From assembly GCA_030682795.1 (NCBI GenBank), contig JAUXNJ010000019.1:94627-158626 (forward strand): a stretch of DNA of 64,000 nt. The letters are read 5' to 3'. The notes below the pieces were generated by a model, which ran no database searches, was not told the DNA's origin, and worked only from the letters and a program-made list of their open reading frames with translations. Position 1 is the first letter of the stretch, and every line of letters begins with the position of its first letter. This DNA is from Sphingobacteriaceae bacterium. GTDB lineage: Bacteria; Bacteroidota; Bacteroidia; UBA7662. This document shows, one piece after another, positions 61,097 to 64,000 of the stretch. The position numbers and the translations under genes are program-made.

Positions 61097-63184
61097 TTAG
61101 TTGCTAGCGCGGTAGCGGATATTCACCGTCTGCAAAAACTCCTGTTTTCCGCCTGGCGCGATTTCGAACTTCCAGCGCTGCACGCCTAGTTCAGGCAGCA
61201 ACTCTGCCGCAGGCACGGCACTGTAGTCGATTTGCAAATCGCCCTGGTTAGAAGTGGGCACCTGGTCGTCGAGCACCACCTGCACGGCCACTTCTTTGCT
61301 GCTACGCACCACCAAGAGGCTTACCACCTCCTGCCGCACCTGGCCGCTCATGGCCCGGCGGCTTTTTTCGTCGCGCTGCTGCACCCGCACAGCCTGCAAA
61401 CCGGGGTCGCGGCCGAGTCCTACTAGCAACGTATCGCTCAAACTGCCCGTGTTCAACCAGGTTTTGCCCACATAGGTGCCTTGATAATACACCGTAGCAG
61501 GACCATCTAGCAGTTGCAGCAGACCAAAATTGTCGATTTCAGCAGTTAAAAAGGCCTCTTTACTTACCCGAGGTACAAGGTGGTACACAAAGCGGGCATA
61601 GATTTCGGTTTTTTTGATTTCAATTTGTTGCGGTTCCCCGTCGCTTAGCAAGGTTTGCGCGCTTCCCAAGCGGTATTCGAGCAAAGCATCGGGTTTGGCA
61701 ATGAGTTCTTCAATCAAAAATTGCATCTGTCTGGCAGGCAGTCCACCAGTTGCTATTGGTAAATTGGTGCTACCGCGTACCCGAATGCCATCTATAAAAT
61801 ATTCCTGAGCATCCCCCCTACTGCCGCGCACTTGCAAGGGAGCGCCATTTTGATTGAAATACACGCCTCCGTTAGTTGCAGCAATGCTGTTGACATCGCG
61901 GGTAGGTAAAGCTGCTATTTCTTCTCTAGTGATAGAGCCACCTTGTCGCGTTTCATCTTTCGAAATCAAGGGCTGTTCGTAATCCTGCACCACCACCTGC
62001 ATCAAAGAGGTCCCCGACATTAATTTTAAGTCATAAAAAGTGCTTTTATCGGCATTCACCTGCACCTTTCGGAATTTAGCAGGGTTGAAGCCGATATAAC
62101 TCACCCGCAGTTCGTAAAGACCGGGTTGCAGTTTGTCGAAGTGGTATTTGCCATCAATATCCGAAGTAGTACTGCTTTGTAGCTTATCGTCGCGCCACAG
62201 CTGCACCTGTGCAAAGGGAATGCCTTCTTTCGGCTTCATCTCGTCCAACACTTTGCCCGCGAGCTTGCCCGTGCGTTGCTGGTAGGTTTGGTTTTGGATG
62301 GGCGCCGATGGCTGCAAAAGCTTGCCGGGATGGTTCACCCCCAGCACCCATTTTTGTAATTCAGGTTTGGTGCTGCTCAGAAAGGGGTTGGCGGTGCTGA
62401 GCACCAGCGGCACGTTCTTCCAGTCTTCTCCCCCAAACTGCATCACTTCGGCCTGGTACACTACCTCCATGGGCTTGCCAATGGCGCTTACCCGGAATTC
62501 GTAAGTGGGTTTCCAGCTGGCGGCTTCGTCGAAATATTTTAACACCAGGGTTTGCTTGTGCGGCTTGCTGGCTTTGAGGTGGAGGTAGAGGCCTTGACTT
62601 GCGGGCTGAACGATGGGCTGCAACTGGTTCATTTGAGCATACAGGGCCCGTAACTCTTCTTGCTTGGCATCAATGCGGCGACTCAAGGCAGTGCGCATAC
62701 GGCGCAAATCGAGCAGGCGTTGCCTGTAAAAATCGGCCCCTTCGCGCAAAGTTTGTACGGCATTGGTGCGGTTTTGCTCGAGGCCGCTGTTTTGAAGAAG
62801 GATTTTTTCTTCCTGTTCGTAAACGGCCATCTCGTTTTTTAAGTCTTGGATGCCGTGTTGAAGCGCTTTTTCCTCGCGTTCGAGCTGTGCCAAAGCGGCT
62901 TTGTCGCTCTTCACCGGCACTTCAATGAGGGCAGAGCGCAGCGAAAGCAGGGTGACTTCGCCAAGTCCCGACACCTGCAAACTCGCCGGCTGCAAATGTT
63001 TCGACAAGCCTTTCAACAGCACCACGGTTTCGCCCGCGGGCAACTGCAACTCGGCCGTGCGGGTAATTTGGGCGCCTGTAAAAAAGAGGGTCACTTCGCT
63101 GATACTGCTACGCAGCTGGAGGGTGTCGAGGGCGCCGGCTACCCCTGGGAGTAGCAGCAGCGCGAGTAGTAGGTTGTGTTTCAT
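61097..63184 (-). CDS. Secreted DUF4139/MuiA-like protein with carboxypeptidase-regulatory-like domain and coiled coils
   Basis: Signal peptide, long coiled-coil N-terminal half, CarboxypepD_reg-like segment (DIDGKYHFDKLQPGLYELRVSYIGF). Confidence 0.35.
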   Translation of the reverse strand: MKHNLLLALLLLPGVAGALDTLQLRSSISEVTLFFTGAQITRTAELQLPAGETVVLLKGLSKHLQPASLQVSGLGEVTLLSLRSALIEVPVKSDKAALAQLEREEKALQHGIQDLKNEMAVYEQEEKILLQNSGLEQNRTNAVQTLREGADFYRQRLLDLRRMRTALSRRIDAKQEELRALYAQMNQLQPIVQPASQGLYLHLKASKPHKQTLVLKYFDEAASWKPTYEFRVSAIGKPMEVVYQAEVMQFGGEDWKNVPLVLSTANPFLSSTKPELQKWVLGVNHPGKLLQPSAPIQNQTYQQRTGKLAGKVLDEMKPKEGIPFAQVQLWRDDKLQSSTTSDIDGKYHFDKLQPGLYELRVSYIGFNPAKFRKVQVNADKSTFYDLKLMSGTSLMQVVVQDYEQPLISKDETRQGGSITREEIAALPTRDVNSIAATNGGVYFNQNGAPLQVRGSRGDAQEYFIDGIRVRGSTNLPIATGGLPARQMQFLIEELIAKPDALLEYRLGSAQTLLSDGEPQQIEIKKTEIYARFVYHLVPRVSKEAFLTAEIDNFGLLQLLDGPATVYYQGTYVGKTWLNTGSLSDTLLVGLGRDPGLQAVRVQQRDEKSRRAMSGQVRQEVVSLLVVRSSKEVAVQVVLDDQVPTSNQGDLQIDYSAVPAAELLPELGVQRWKFEIAPGGKQEFLQTVNIRYRASN

Positions 63185-63399
63185 GGCGCTTACATTTAAA
63201 GGTTAAATTCATAGCCATAAGTTAGGGCGCGGCGAAGCTTTTCGGTACCGCCTTTTGGCGATGTGACAAAGCGCTGACCGAATTGTGACAAGGCGGTGAT
63301 GATGTGGAATGCGGAGGACAGAAAACCCTGCCTTCGTTTTGTTTTTAATTTACTTGTAAAAGTTCTGCAATTTTCCGAACTTTACGTTGTTGGGTTCAC

Positions 63400-63741
63400 A
63401 TGGAAATAATAGCCAAAGCCAAGCTTGAGAAATTGAAGCGCAAAAATCGCGGCAATACTGCGCTCGGCACGGCTATAGATACCCTCATTGAAGACTTAGA
63501 GCAAACTAGCTGCTTGACTTTTGAACAGTTAAAGCAGATACGGCCAGACGCAGATTTAGTACACAATGATGGCTTTTGCTTTTTTGATATTCATGTCCAC
63601 AGGACCATGATATTGATTGAATTTGAAGATACCGGTGAAGCAACCATTGTTTGGTGCGGGAGCCATGACGAATATGAGCTAACCTTCAAAAACAACAAGA
63701 ATACCATTAGAAAATGGTTAGAGAAACAAGGATGGATTTAA
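63400..63741 (+). CDS. higB: HigB-family type II toxin (RelE-like mRNA interferase)
   Basis: 113 aa. The C-terminal ...IEFEDTGEATIVWCGSHDEYELTFKNNK resembles the HigB core (…V.HV.TH.EYDK…). Confidence 0.5.
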   Translation: MEIIAKAKLEKLKRKNRGNTALGTAIDTLIEDLEQTSCLTFEQLKQIRPDADLVHNDGFCFFDIHVHRTMILIEFEDTGEATIVWCGSHDEYELTFKNNKNTIRKWLEKQGWI

Positions 63742-63758
63742 TATGAATCAACAAACAT

Positions 63759-64000
63759 ATGAAAGAGCAACTAGACTTAAATAGCATTTTGAAAGCCGGT
63801 AAACTTACCAGTGCGTTGGATTATGAACGTGCGTTGGTACTGGATAAAAAGTTGCGCTTGCTGGCCAAGGAGGATGCCCATTGGGGAGAAGCACGTCAAA
63901 AACTACGTGGCATCCTTAAGAACTACGAACAAATACACTGGTCGAAAACCGCGCAAATCAATGCAGCTCAAATAAGCGAAAGCGATGCAGCCGAACGGAT
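63759..64000 (+). CDS. higA: HigA-like antitoxin (partial, runs off window end)
   Basis: ORF MKEQLDLNSILKAGKLTSALDYERALVLDKKLRLLAKEDAHWGEARQKL... begins 18 nt after the HigB-like stop; the HTH domain is expected beyond the window. Confidence 0.4.
   Translation, partial: MKEQLDLNSILKAGKLTSALDYERALVLDKKLRLLAKEDAHWGEARQKLRGILKNYEQIHWSKTAQINAAQISESDAAER

Overview
This is a 64-kb window from a Bacteroidota-type chromosome. The evidence is lipoprotein/T9SS C-terminal sorting domains, a GldJ/GldK-like gliding lipoprotein, candidate sigma-A -33/-7 promoter boxes and an overall GC content of roughly 55% by eye. The core content is housekeeping: a rimP-nusA-infB operon, a menaquinone block (hotdog thioesterase, menF, menD, menB), rlmN, sodA/B, purF, recO, gmd, pnuC, an M1 aminopeptidase, and S8 and S10 peptidases. 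Several accessory modules sit between these genes. (1) An AT-richer defence island at about 49.2-55.1 kb carries an HNH (type IV-like) nuclease, a controller-protein/C5-methyltransferase/Sau3AI-MutH-like endonuclease type II RM system, a DUF3800 gene and a DUF559 remnant. (2) An unusually fused, self-regulated metal ABC importer: SBP fused to ATPase, and permease fused to a DtxR/FeoA-type repressor. (3) A periplasmic beta-carbonic anhydrase, SbtA-like permease and PII-like (SbtB-like) operon with a divergent LysR gene. (4) A family of complex 300-700-bp intergenic repeat elements with at least three copies; two inverted copies bracket a recO plus HlyD/FtsX-permease/TolC efflux segment. (5) Four putative toxin-antitoxin pairs, including a HigBA pair running off the 3' end. 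No rRNA, tRNA or CRISPR/cas was found. All calls rest on reading the supplied ORF translations and sequence by eye; no searches were run.
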